This document shows positions 20,288-29,880 of a stretch of 62,918 nt of DNA, in pieces. This stretch comes from an uncultured delta proteobacterium. GTDB taxonomy: Bacteria > Myxococcota_A > Polyangia > Fen-1088. Numbering within the stretch: position 1 is the stretch's first letter; each line of letters opens with the position of its first letter. Below the pieces are notes generated by a model. That model worked only from the letters and a program-made list of their open reading frames with translations, ran no database searches and was not told where the DNA came from. Location: positions 1 through 62,918 of the forward strand of contig CAWCMR010000016.1 of NCBI GenBank assembly GCA_963796685.1, read 5' to 3'. Both the position numbers and the translations under genes were made by a program.

Positions 20288-21039
20288 CGATGCGCGTGCC
20301 GGGCCTGCTGGATCTGTCCTGCTTGGAGCTGGAGACCATCGCACGTGCCGTACGCCAAGGGATCGTCGCATCCCCACTGACGACAGCCGGCCTTGCCCAA
20401 CTATCGGTCGACGTCCGCGGTAGTTCCCTCGTAGGTCTCGATGGCCGAGCCGTGCTCGCCGTGATCGATGCCGTGTTGGCAGAGCGCCGTCGTCCCGAAG
20501 CAGTCACCGCCGACCTGGTTTGGACGGGGCCCGACGTGGCAGGCAGCACCGCCCGCGACACCGCGGTGGTCGTCCGCGAGCTCTTCTCCCGCGCTCAGCA
20601 TAGCGTCCTGGTGGCGGGCTTCTCATTCGACCACGGTGCCGACATTTTCGAGCCCCTTCACCGCGCGATGAAGGAACGCGCGGTCGAGGCATCCATCTTC
20701 TTGGATCTTCCACGCGCACCTCGCACCGAGGCCGACGTTACCACCCACGCCCGCCGCGAGATCGACGACTTCCTCATCAAGAACTGGCCCTTCGGCTCCC
20801 CCATCCCGCGCCTCTACTACGACCCGCGCACCATCGAGCCCACCTCGACCGCCAGCCTGCACGCCAAGTGCATCGTCGTGGACGATTGCCGCGCCCTCGT
20901 CACGTCCGCCAACTTCACCAGCCGAGGCCAGGAACGCAACGTCGAGGTCGGCGTGCTGGTGGAAAGCGAGAAGTTTGCCCGAGAGCTTGTCCACCAGTGG
21001 CGGAACGCGGCGGAGGCGGGGGTGTTCAAGGGCGTGTAG
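20284..21039 (+). CDS. drmC: DISARM phospholipase-D-family nuclease DrmC
   Basis: LVWTGP, HKD motif LHAKCIVVD, TSANFT..NVEVG; ATGA overlap with drmB. Confidence 0.9.
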   Translation: MTMRVPGLLDLSCLELETIARAVRQGIVASPLTTAGLAQLSVDVRGSSLVGLDGRAVLAVIDAVLAERRRPEAVTADLVWTGPDVAGSTARDTAVVVRELFSRAQHSVLVAGFSFDHGADIFEPLHRAMKERAVEASIFLDLPRAPRTEADVTTHARREIDDFLIKNWPFGSPIPRLYYDPRTIEPTSTASLHAKCIVVDDCRALVTSANFTSRGQERNVEVGVLVESEKFARELVHQWRNAAEAGVFKGV

Positions 21040-21095
21040 GAAGGGGCGTTTGCAATCGACGGGATTCTCTCCTCTGGTAGCTCAGCACGGTGTCG

Positions 21096-22419
21096 TCACC
21101 CGTGGCTGCGGCGGCGACGCAAGAGCGTCGCACTGATGAGGACAAACGCCAGCAGGGTGGGACCGAGTGGGCTCGCCCCGGTTGCGGTGCTGCAGCCTGC
21201 ACCCGGACTGTGCGCCCGTGGTGCCGCCGCCCGAGGTCCCGCCGGTCGTCGCGGTCTCGCTCGAACCCGCGGTTCCACCGGAAGAGGTCTCCCCGCCCGA
21301 GCCGGCCGCGCTCGTCACACCGCCCGCTCCCGTGGTGCCGCCGGAAGCGGCCGTGCCGCCCGATGCGGTCGTGCCGCCCGACGCAGTCGTGCCCCCGGCA
21401 CTGTTGCCACCCGTCGCGGTGGTGCCGCCCGAACCCGACCTTCCGCCGAGGCCCGAGCTTCCGCCCTGGCTCGAGCTTCCGCCCTGGCCCGAGCTTCCGC
21501 CCTGGCCCGAGCTACCGCCCGAGCCGCCGCTGCCGGTGCTACCGCCCGAGCCGCTGGCGCCGCCGGACGCGGTCGTGCCGCCAGTACCGTTGCCACCCGT
21601 GGAGGTGACGCCGCCCGAGCCCGCGCTTCCGCCCGAGCCGCTGCTACCTCCGGCGCTGTTGTCGACCGGTGGCGTACCTGGGCTGCCCGTGGCACCGTCG
21701 GCGGTCAGCGACAACACGGCGATTCCGTTCACGAAGGAGACGTTCTGCGGGTTGTGGGTCGACAGGTTGAAAGGCGAGGCCCAATTGCCGACTGCCCACC
21801 CGGAGGGAACGCCGGACGACTGGAAATCCTCGCGCCACTCGACGTTGAAGTTGCCGTTGTCGTACGACGAGTATTGCACCCAGCTTATGTATTGGTGCAC
21901 GGGCAAGGTCGTCTTGCTGATGTCTCCCCCGAAGCTCGAGTTGCCAGGCCAGATGTTGAAGTGGATGGTCATACCGGCGGACGCGTTTTGGGCATAGGCG
22001 GTGGCGTCCGCGCCGGTGTCCCGGCGGATCTCCTTCCCGTCGACCGACCAGGCGATGTAGGTCGGTGTCCATTCGAACCGGTAGTCGTGGTATCCGGTAC
22101 AGGTACCACTCAGGGCAGGGGTCTGTTGGTGCTGGCTCTTGGGATTGCCGTAGATGTTGTTGATCTGCATGCGGCAGTCGGCGCCAACCTTCTCGTAGTC
22201 CAGCTCGTTCCAGTAGGCATTGGCCGCGTCGGAGCCCTCCTTCCAAAGAAAGAACGAGCTGACCACGCCGTCGCCCGGGGCGAATTGGATACGCGCATCG
22301 AACCGCCCATAGAAATAGGCCTTCGTACCGTACAGCTCTGCACTGGCCATGCCCATGGCCGAGGCGGGAACGAGAGCGGTCGCAACGGCAAGCGCGAGCA
22401 GCACCGATTTTGAACGCAT
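21096..22419 (-). CDS. Secreted GH16 beta-glucanase (lichenase-like) with Gly/Ser linker and MYXO-CTERM-like anchor; +1 frameshift near 21197
   Basis: Signal peptide MRSKSVLLALAVATALVPASA; GVVSSFF and WNELDYE (ExDxE); removing one base gives SGCSCSTA-hydrophobic-RRRR tail. Confidence 0.82.
21455..21508. repeat. Three 18-bp coding tandem repeats in the GH16 linker
   Basis: gagcttccgccctggc(c/t)c x3 encoding (G/S)QGGSS units. Confidence 0.8.
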
Positions 22420-22499
22420 GTGCAAACCATGAGCGTCCCGGCCGGGCTTTCCAAGAGGGCCCGCGGAGGAATCCCAAGAAATGCGAAGCTTGAATCCGC

Positions 22500-23897
22500 C
22501 TACACGGCGCCACGCCTGGCTTCCAGACGCACGCGGATCGTGCACATCGCGTCGCGGGTAAGCGGATAGCGTCGCAGGGCAAAGGCGGCGAGAAGCGCGG
22601 CCGCCGCCGGCACCACCGCGAAAAGGATGCGCAGCCCCATGATGGTCGTCGGATCCTGCACTGCCTTGCGCGCGTCGAATCCTACCAGCTCGATCAGGGG
22701 ACCGGTGACGAGCAAGGTAGCGGTGGTACCGAATTTCAGCATGTAGGAAAGGATCGAGGCGAAGGTGCCCTCGCGACGTCTCCCGCCCGCAAGCTCGTCG
22801 AAATCGACGACGTCGGCCAGCATGGAAGGCAGCAGCACCCAGAAAAAGCCCGAGGTAGCGATTCCGAACAGGCCATGACAGACGGCTGAAAGAATGGGTG
22901 CCGTCGGGGTGTAGAGCACGAAGCTCGAGACCAAAGCGATGCTGCAGCCGTAGAGCGCCCACTGTACGGCTTGGCGTTTGCCGATTCTGCGCGCCAACCA
23001 GACCGCAAAAGGAATGCAAGCCGCCCCCAGGATACTGTAAGCAGTGCCGGCAAGGCCGCCGTAGAACGCGGCCAGACCCGGGCTCCCGGCGAGCACGTGG
23101 TAGTAGAGCACGTACCAGCTCAAGGCGCCCACCATCGAGGTCGGCACGGCAAAGAGGACGAGCACCAGCAAGAGGATGCGGAACGGCTGACACTGGAACG
23201 CCTGTCGGGTCATCGTCCAGAAGCCCATCCGCTCTTGTTGTCGGGCCAACGGGTAGTAGCGCTCGCCGACGAAGAGAACGCTGCCGATCCCGGCCAGGAT
23301 CATCACTCCCCCGGCGAGCGCGCCCGCCCACCTCGCGCCGCGGGCAAGGTTGGGCACTCCGTCGGTGTCTGCGAACCAGGGCCGCGCGGCGAACCACCAG
23401 GCCCAAGCATTCGCGACGCCGGCGAGCGTTTGCACGACGCCTCGCCACGACATCACGGCCGTGCGCTCGTCGGTGTCCGGGGTCAGCTCGGCCCCCAAGC
23501 TCTGATACGGCATATTGTAGCAGCTGAGCATGGGGGCGTAGCCGCACGCCGTGAGGAGCACGAACCAGAACAGCGTGGACACGCTCCACGTTCGTGAGGC
23601 GGCGAACAAGCAGGGCAGCGCCGCGCCCGCGAGCAGCGAGCCGACGAGCACATAGGGTCGTCGCCTCCCCCAGCGGGTACGCGTGTTGTCCGAACGCCAT
23701 CCGAAGTACGAATCGGTGAACCCGTCGGTCAGGCGGGCGGTCGCCTGGGTGAGCCCGAGCAGCGACGGAGACAGGTGAAGGAAGCCGACGAACACCGGCT
23801 GCATCAGGCCGAAGTAGAGCCAGTGGCCAAAGATGTCGATGGTTCCGCCGAAGGCATAGGCTGCCTTTTCGAGCGGACGAAGCCGTGGCCGGGTCAA
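22500..23897 (-). CDS. GPH-family (MelB-like) MFS sugar transporter
   Basis: SDNTRTRWGRRRPYVL, PYQSLGAELTPDTDERT, SMLADVVDFDEL..GRRREG; probable TTG start overlapping the AraC stop. Confidence 0.88.
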   Translation of the reverse strand: MTRPRLRPLEKAAYAFGGTIDIFGHWLYFGLMQPVFVGFLHLSPSLLGLTQATARLTDGFTDSYFGWRSDNTRTRWGRRRPYVLVGSLLAGAALPCLFAASRTWSVSTLFWFVLLTACGYAPMLSCYNMPYQSLGAELTPDTDERTAVMSWRGVVQTLAGVANAWAWWFAARPWFADTDGVPNLARGARWAGALAGGVMILAGIGSVLFVGERYYPLARQQERMGFWTMTRQAFQCQPFRILLLVLVLFAVPTSMVGALSWYVLYYHVLAGSPGLAAFYGGLAGTAYSILGAACIPFAVWLARRIGKRQAVQWALYGCSIALVSSFVLYTPTAPILSAVCHGLFGIATSGFFWVLLPSMLADVVDFDELAGGRRREGTFASILSYMLKFGTTATLLVTGPLIELVGFDARKAVQDPTTIMGLRILFAVVPAAAALLAAFALRRYPLTRDAMCTIRVRLEARRGAV

Positions 23898-24739
23898 GGA
23901 TCGTAGGCCTGCTGCATCTGCTCTCGCAGCCCCGCATGGAAGAAACGTCGAGGCGAGCACCCGAGCTCGGCCTGGAAGATACGGTGGCACTGCGAATACG
24001 ACCCGAAACCCGATGCTTGGGCAGCCGAGGCGAGCGTGCTGCCACCAAGGTCCATGAGCCGGATCAAGCGCAACAAGCGCAAGCGCGTGCGGTAGCGGGC
24101 GAAGGTCATGCCCAGGTCGCGGTGAAAGTAGCGGCTGATCTCGGAATCGGCGGTCTTGAGCCGAGCCGAGAGCAACTGCAACCCGAGGTCGGGCGCTCGG
24201 TTGATGGCAGACAGGGATCGACGCGTGAGCACGTGCATTGCGGAGATGGGGCGCGCCCTGCAGCGCCACCCCAGCCAGTGGGCTTGCTCCCACAGCTCCG
24301 CGCACGGCTGGTCGACGCCATCCCGATCCACGATGGCCGAGGCGCGCCCGATCAAGCGACGAAACTCGTCGGGCGCCACGCGAAGGCAGAACGGGACCAC
24401 GGCATCGTCGGGCTCGGCACGCAAAACATCCGACGAGAAGGTCGGCTCCATGCCGATGGCGTACAGGTACAGGTCCGGCGACGCTTCGATGAGAACGTGA
24501 TCCTGACCCGGCGGAAAGCCGAGAAGATCGCCCTGTGAGACGGTGACCACGGCCTCGCCGACGCCGAAGGTCGCGTGCCCGGAGGCGATGAGGTTGAGCT
24601 CGGGCTCGATGTGGAAGTGGCGGGGACGCCGCCCCCAGTTGATCGGCGAGTACTTCCAGACGAAGGCACGTGATCTCCCCGCGGTGGGAAGGAAGGCCTG
24701 ATGGATGGCTCGCCGGACGGCGCTCATGTCACGCACCAT
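23894..24739 (-). CDS. AraC-family transcriptional regulator
   Basis: Cupin HFHIEPELNL; C-terminal double HTH ISRYFHRDLGMTF..YRTRLRL..SGFGSYSQCHRIF..GCSPR. Confidence 0.88.
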   Translation of the reverse strand: MVRDMSAVRRAIHQAFLPTAGRSRAFVWKYSPINWGRRPRHFHIEPELNLIASGHATFGVGEAVVTVSQGDLLGFPPGQDHVLIEASPDLYLYAIGMEPTFSSDVLRAEPDDAVVPFCLRVAPDEFRRLIGRASAIVDRDGVDQPCAELWEQAHWLGWRCRARPISAMHVLTRRSLSAINRAPDLGLQLLSARLKTADSEISRYFHRDLGMTFARYRTRLRLLRLIRLMDLGGSTLASAAQASGFGSYSQCHRIFQAELGCSPRRFFHAGLREQMQQAYDP

Positions 24740-24863
24740 TAATAGTACAATAACCAACTGCGCGTGCTGCTGCGATTTCCCGATAACCGCATTGGTTTTG
24801 CCACGGCGCTCACCGACCTGGGGGTCGCGAGCGAGGACGCGCTTGACGGCCCAATCGCGGTGT

Positions 24864-27074
24864 CTAGCCGAGACGTTGGTTGGAAACCCCGCGTTGCGCG
24901 GGTGGATCGAGGCCCAGCAGCTCATGGGCTCGCAGGTGCTGGGGCAGGAGCGAATCGAGGCGACCAAATCGCCACAAGGCGGCCAACGCCACGAGAACCA
25001 GGAGAAACAGGTAGAGCTTCCAGTGGCTCTTCTTCTCCGCGAAGGGATCGCGAAGCTCGCGCCGAGATCCGCGCGGCAGCGTCGCCACCCGGGTCAGCGC
25101 GGCCCCGAAGGGAATGTTGATCCGCGCCATGGCGTTCACCGACCAGCCGTTGGAGTCGAGAATCGGCCCCACATTGCGCTGGCGCAGCTTCAGCCACGCG
25201 ATCAGCATGGCCGGGCCCGAGATGGCCAGGAAAAGCCCGCAAAGGCCGATCGGCATCCACGCCCCCAACCCGAAGAACATGGCCAGGACACTGGTCAGAA
25301 ATGTCGCCAGCCCGCCCACCGCGACGCCGATGGCGGCCACGGTTCCCACGTCGATCTTCTTCGGCTCCGGCTTCCTATTCGCGGCCTCGATCCCCAATTT
25401 GTCGCCATGGGCGGTCGCGGTGGCCGCCGCTTGGACCTTCTTGCGAGCTTCATCGTCGGCGGCCGAGGCGCGCTTGGCGACTTGCTCTTCGATCATGCGT
25501 ATGAAGCTTTTGTAGGGCGACCAGAAGGCCTGGCGAATGCTGATGGGGTTCTCGACGATGCGGGTGACGGTGGCGTCCCAATCGTTGCCCTGGTAGTCGA
25601 CGAACACGCCGTTACGCCCGACCATCAGGTTGTCGGTTTCGCCCCCGGTAACCGCGGCGACGATGCTGCGTTTCTCGCCCGACTTGCGCGTGCAGTCGCA
25701 GTACAAGAGATAGGCCCGCGCCAGGCCCGCGAGGCTGGCGTGTTTGGCGGAGTCCGCGACGGAGAGGCACAAGTCGCAACTCCGCCCATCGATGAACAAG
25801 GTTCCGATTTGAAAGATGGACCTGCGCGTGCGGTAGAACTCCGAGAAGGAAACGAAGTTGTGCAGCAGGCGCACCAAATCCCGGTGCAGGCGGATCATCT
25901 TCTCCACTTGTTCGAGCTGTTGCAGCTGGTCGCCGCCGGCCTGATCCTGGGCGACGAGCTCGGTGATGGTCTTGCGCGCGTTCCCGGCCAAGAGCTCGCG
26001 CAGGCGCCCGGACGGCAGGGTGGAGACCGCCGTGGTTGGTTTGGCCGCTTGCCAGGCCAGATAAGGGCCCATGCGATTCTTGACCGTGGCCCAATCGGCT
26101 TCGGTGAGCGAGGATTTGCCGGGACCGAGGATGGGCACGAGGACCGCTTCCGACAGGGTCGCCATGCGCGCAACCCACGCGGGATTCAGACCATCGCCAA
26201 GAGGTAGCGCGCGGTTCGCGGCGATGGGCGCGAGCGGCAGTTGCGCGATCTCGTCCGCATCGGCGCTGAGGGTCTTGGGCCCCAGCGCCAGCAGAGCGGC
26301 CTCGGAGGCATTGAGCGCGCTCGCCGCGCGACCATCGAACGAGGCCATGCGGCAGCGAACGAAATAGTCGTCGAGCTTGGCGCGCACGTTGGCCAGGGCC
26401 TCGGCCGCTGCCGCCGTCCCCGGTCCGGCCACCGACGCGGAGCCGTCCTTTTCGCCCTTGTCGAGCCAGGCGACGAGGGTCCCGGCCTCGTCGAAGAACT
26501 TGTCGATAAGCGGCAAATCGATGCCCGTCTTGCCACTGCGGTCGGGCTTGGAACCAAGCGCGGCCATGATGTCGCGCACGACCTGCGCCGTGCCCTCGTC
26601 ACCGGCGGACTCGGGTGGCAAGACCCCGTCGCCGTTGAAGCGCGTGGCGGAGAGGATCTTCGCCGTGTCGGCGATATCGGCGAGGGAAATGGCGTCGGCC
26701 TCGGGACGACCCAGGCTTCCCAGGACGCGGCGTGCCTCGTCGAGCAGCTCCTTGCCGAGTGCCGTTTCCTCGTTGATGGCGGCCAGTGATACCTTGTCCT
26801 CGCGACGAAACACGTCGTTGACGTTGCGGAAGGCATCGCGTGCCCAGTGCACCGCCGCCAGCACCTCGGCCGGCCGGATGTGCCCGTCGTGATCGGTGTC
26901 AATCAGGTCGAGGGTTCGGCTGTCGAATTCGAGGCCGTGGGTGGGGCAGGAAAGCGCCACCCACAGTTTCTGATCCAGCTCGTCGAGGTGAGCGAGGTCG
27001 TCACCATCGGCCAGCACGACCTGATCGACGGCGCCGGCCCTGAAGAATCTCCATCGGTACTTGAGCTTAGCCAT
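24864..27074 (-). CDS. Conserved hypothetical membrane protein with EF-hand-like motif
   Basis: DTDHDGHIRPAE EF-hand-like loop; helical body; C-terminal TM segments; host-like codon usage. Confidence 0.75.
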   Translation of the reverse strand: MAKLKYRWRFFRAGAVDQVVLADGDDLAHLDELDQKLWVALSCPTHGLEFDSRTLDLIDTDHDGHIRPAEVLAAVHWARDAFRNVNDVFRREDKVSLAAINEETALGKELLDEARRVLGSLGRPEADAISLADIADTAKILSATRFNGDGVLPPESAGDEGTAQVVRDIMAALGSKPDRSGKTGIDLPLIDKFFDEAGTLVAWLDKGEKDGSASVAGPGTAAAAEALANVRAKLDDYFVRCRMASFDGRAASALNASEAALLALGPKTLSADADEIAQLPLAPIAANRALPLGDGLNPAWVARMATLSEAVLVPILGPGKSSLTEADWATVKNRMGPYLAWQAAKPTTAVSTLPSGRLRELLAGNARKTITELVAQDQAGGDQLQQLEQVEKMIRLHRDLVRLLHNFVSFSEFYRTRRSIFQIGTLFIDGRSCDLCLSVADSAKHASLAGLARAYLLYCDCTRKSGEKRSIVAAVTGGETDNLMVGRNGVFVDYQGNDWDATVTRIVENPISIRQAFWSPYKSFIRMIEEQVAKRASAADDEARKKVQAAATATAHGDKLGIEAANRKPEPKKIDVGTVAAIGVAVGGLATFLTSVLAMFFGLGAWMPIGLCGLFLAISGPAMLIAWLKLRQRNVGPILDSNGWSVNAMARINIPFGAALTRVATLPRGSRRELRDPFAEKKSHWKLYLFLLVLVALAALWRFGRLDSLLPQHLRAHELLGLDPPAQRGVSNQRLG

Positions 27075-27202
27075 GGCCACATCACCCGCGAAGAAGGTTG
27101 TCTGGAAGAAGGTGTCGAGAAAGGTCGTTTCGGTAAGCGCGTCACGGCTCGCGAAGGCAATCAATGTGGATCCCTCCAAGGACACCTGTCAAGGTGGTCG
27201 CC

Positions 27203-28105
27203 ATGAAGATGCAGGCGTGGTTTCTCTTCCTCGGATTGTCGGCGGGGGCCCTTGCAGGCTGTGCGATGCTCAACAACCTGAACCTTCCCGGTGGCAACGC
27301 GGCGGCTGCCTTGAAGCCGCCCGGGATCACGTACGAGGGCGCATCGCTGGTTCAGTCCCCCTCGCACAAGATGCTCGCGGCCTACTACTGTCCCGAGGTG
27401 GCGAACCTGCCCATGGGCAGCTCGGGTGTCGTCTGCCGAGGCTTCTTTGGCCCGCGCCCCGCGCCCGAGCAGCTGGTCTTCGCCTTCGATCTGAGGTTCA
27501 AGATCAGCAACCCGAACAAGGTTCCCGTGCCCTTGGCCAGCGTTTTGACCGCCGCCACGGTGTTCCCGGCCACCACCCACCAGGCGCTGGGCGCGGTCTG
27601 TACGCAACTATGCCCCGAGGGCCAACCCGGCTGTGGCGCCGATCCGAATGCCTGCCAGGCGTCGTCGCGCGACATCCGCTCGCTCAGCGACTTCGGTGGG
27701 GCCGCGGCGAGCTTCTTGATCTCGCAGGGCTTGGCCGTGGCCGCGGGACAGAAGCCCACCTTCGTCGCCCCCAGGGTGTCGGCGGCGGCAGAGCTCGATG
27801 TCAGCGTTCGCTTCTCGTTCGGCCCGCAGCAGCTCCTGGGTGTGCTCAAGCAACTGGCCATTCAGTCCGCCGACCAGCTCAAGGCCGGGAGCATGCCGAC
27901 CTTCCAAATCCCCTTCAGGCTGGAAGGAACGGTCTTCTTCGATGCCGGCTCTCTCGGTCGCATCCCCGTGGCATTCGGACCCGTGACCGGCACGTGGCAG
28001 GTCCCCACGGGCGGGCTGATTCCGGCCGTCGCCGCAACCGCCGCGCCGACCGTTTCTCCTGCGCCTGCCGCGCGTCCGGCTGGCCGGGCGCCGCCTGCTC
28101 TTTGA
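27203..28105 (+). CDS. Lipoprotein, LEA-2/WHy-like domain
   Basis: Lipobox LAGC; FKISNPNKVPVPL motif typical of LEA-2 domains. Confidence 0.65.
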   Translation: MKMQAWFLFLGLSAGALAGCAMLNNLNLPGGNAAAALKPPGITYEGASLVQSPSHKMLAAYYCPEVANLPMGSSGVVCRGFFGPRPAPEQLVFAFDLRFKISNPNKVPVPLASVLTAATVFPATTHQALGAVCTQLCPEGQPGCGADPNACQASSRDIRSLSDFGGAAASFLISQGLAVAAGQKPTFVAPRVSAAAELDVSVRFSFGPQQLLGVLKQLAIQSADQLKAGSMPTFQIPFRLEGTVFFDAGSLGRIPVAFGPVTGTWQVPTGGLIPAVAATAAPTVSPAPAARPAGRAPPAL

Positions 28106-28151
28106 CCTCGGCCCGGCCGAGGGACGTTGGGCTGCGACGGGCGGCTCGGCT

Positions 28152-28181
28152 AAAAAAACGAGCCCGACGGTCGGGCTCGTT
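28152..28181 (-). terminator. Rho-independent terminator
   Basis: Stem aacgagcccga/tcgggctcgtt with A7 on the left (U-tract on minus strand), downstream of 28211-28771. Confidence 0.8.
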
Positions 28182-28210
28182 GAGTTGGCTTGTGAAGGGT
28201 GGCGCAGCGA

Positions 28211-28771
28211 CTAGGAACCACAGGCCGGCGGCACCAACGTGGTGACCGCAGACTTCTGCATGGTCCAGGTCCAAGTCGACGTGCAGGTGCCGGCCGCGGG
28301 AACGTCCGTGGCCGCGCAGGTCGGCCCGAACGCGGACTCGGTCTCTGTCACCGTGACCGTGAATTGGTTGTTTGCGGTCATCTCCAGCACCGTGTTGTCG
28401 GTCTGGTGCCACGTACACGTGGTCCCGGCGAGCGTCGGATCTCCAACGCGCACCAGGGTTCCCTCGTTGTTCGCGATCACGCCGCCACCGAGCGAGCCAT
28501 CGGTGCCAAGAGCAACGCTTGCCGTGGTGGCATCGTAGCTCATGGGAAGGCTCTGGCCGACGAGCGTGTCGACCCCAAGCCCGCAGCCGTCGCTGAATCC
28601 GGGCGCGATGGAGGTGATGGTGTAGCAGTTGTCGCCGGCCGACAGGCCGAAGAGGGTGATGCCGGCCGTATCCGAGGTACCACTATCCAAGATATCCGTG
28701 GTGTTGCTGCCGCATCCGACGACGACGGGCGCAGCCATCAGCGCAAGAGCGAGGAGGAAGTTCTTCTTCAT
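28211..28771 (-). CDS. Cys/Thr-rich lipoprotein
   Basis: MKKNFLLALALMAAPVVVGC signal/lipobox. Confidence 0.7.
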   Translation of the reverse strand: MKKNFLLALALMAAPVVVGCGSNTTDILDSGTSDTAGITLFGLSAGDNCYTITSIAPGFSDGCGLGVDTLVGQSLPMSYDATTASVALGTDGSLGGGVIANNEGTLVRVGDPTLAGTTCTWHQTDNTVLEMTANNQFTVTVTETESAFGPTCAATDVPAAGTCTSTWTWTMQKSAVTTLVPPACGS

Positions 28772-28789
28772 GGTGATTCCCACGTCCGA

Positions 28790-29185
28790 CTAGAAGTGCT
28801 TTCGGCCGCTCTTGGCCTCGGTGGCGGGACCGGTCGTTGCGGCGGGAGGCAGGGGCGCGGCAGGCGCGGCCTTGGCTTCCGTCTTCGCGGCCTTCTTGCC
28901 CTTCTTGGCGGGGGGCTCCGGCTTCTTCTCCTCCGCGGGGGCTGGCGCAGGCGCCGGCGCGGTAGCGGCGGCAAGCTTCGCCTGAAGGTCGGTGACCTGG
29001 GCCTTGAGCGCTACGATTTGGCTATTGCTGGCGGCCAGCTGAGCCTTGAGACCATCGCGCTCGGTCGTCATGGCGGCCAGATCGGCAGTGGCCTTGTCGA
29101 GCGCTGGCTTGGACTGATCGCAGGCGGCCAACGTGGTGAGCGAGGCAAGAGCCACGAGTCCCAAAATGTTCTTGAACGAGTGCAT
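28790..29185 (-). CDS. Small coiled-coil lipoprotein with Ala/Pro/Lys-rich tail
   Basis: RBS aggag; MHSFKNILGLVALASLTTLAAC lipobox; heptad-like segment. Confidence 0.72.
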   Translation of the reverse strand: MHSFKNILGLVALASLTTLAACDQSKPALDKATADLAAMTTERDGLKAQLAASNSQIVALKAQVTDLQAKLAAATAPAPAPAPAEEKKPEPPAKKGKKAAKTEAKAAPAAPLPPAATTGPATEAKSGRKHF

Positions 29186-29394
29186 GTTCTTCTCCTGATG
29201 TGTGGTGGTTTGGTAAAGGCGTCGACAGAGCGTCTTCGCGTAACAGACGTCGAGACCTGCGTTTCTATTCAGTGGAACGTTCGACCCCTCGATGCGCACT
29301 GCGCCATGCATCAAGGAGAAAAAAAGCCTTGGCACTATACGGCACTTCTTTGCTCTCGGGGCGGGAATTTGGCCAGCCGGTTTCGCACGCTGTT

Positions 29395-29820
29395 TCACAG
29401 CCCATTCGGCAATGTGCAGTTCCAGATTCCCCCGGCGGTCGCGAAGCCGATGTGCAGAATCGAAGCCCAACGTTCCAGCCGATGGTGGCTCGTGCGGTGG
29501 AAGACGTAGGATACGCCGATAGAAAGTGCCACACCGGTGGCCTCGATGACGGCGAAGAGCGGCCGATTGTCCACTGTATCGTTGTCCAGCAACCATTCCC
29601 TGAGGTGCTTCTCGCGGAACTTGCGCGTGGAGAAGTAGTCGAAGCTCCGCGCGGCGGCCAGGCCTGAAAACAACGCCAGATTTTGCCAGTCCCAGAAGGG
29701 ATGGATCGCGAGCGGCGGCGCAGGGACGGACGAGAGCGCGAGCTCGGGCCGCGGGAGGGTGGCCTGGTCCACGGGGGCGGTGGCCAGGGTGGCCGCGATG
29801 AGGGGAAGAAGAGCAATCAC
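29395..29820 (-). CDS. Hypothetical exported/membrane protein
   Basis: 141 aa; signal-like N-terminus and hydrophobic segments. Confidence 0.5.
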   Translation of the reverse strand: MIALLPLIAATLATAPVDQATLPRPELALSSVPAPPLAIHPFWDWQNLALFSGLAAARSFDYFSTRKFREKHLREWLLDNDTVDNRPLFAVIEATGVALSIGVSYVFHRTSHHRLERWASILHIGFATAGGIWNCTLPNGL

Positions 29821-29880
29821 CCGCAGAACATAGAACAGACCCCCGACGCACCACCATTCATTCGGGTGGGATCGCCGAAG

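Noticed and set aside
182-21039. Prophage or ICE carrying DISARM
   Set aside because: No integrase, conjugation or phage structural genes are visible in the window
21300-21650. Repetitive stretch as possible CRISPR array
   Set aside because: Repeats are in-frame Gly/Ser/Thr linker codons with no unique spacers; no cas genes nearby
21082-24048. 988-aa ORF
   Set aside because: N-terminal half is an off-frame reading of the MFS gene; the real GH16 starts at 22419
29340-29354. Sigma54 -24/-12-like sequence cggcacttctttgct
   Set aside because: GG-GC spacing is 9 rather than 10 and it points away from any gene start
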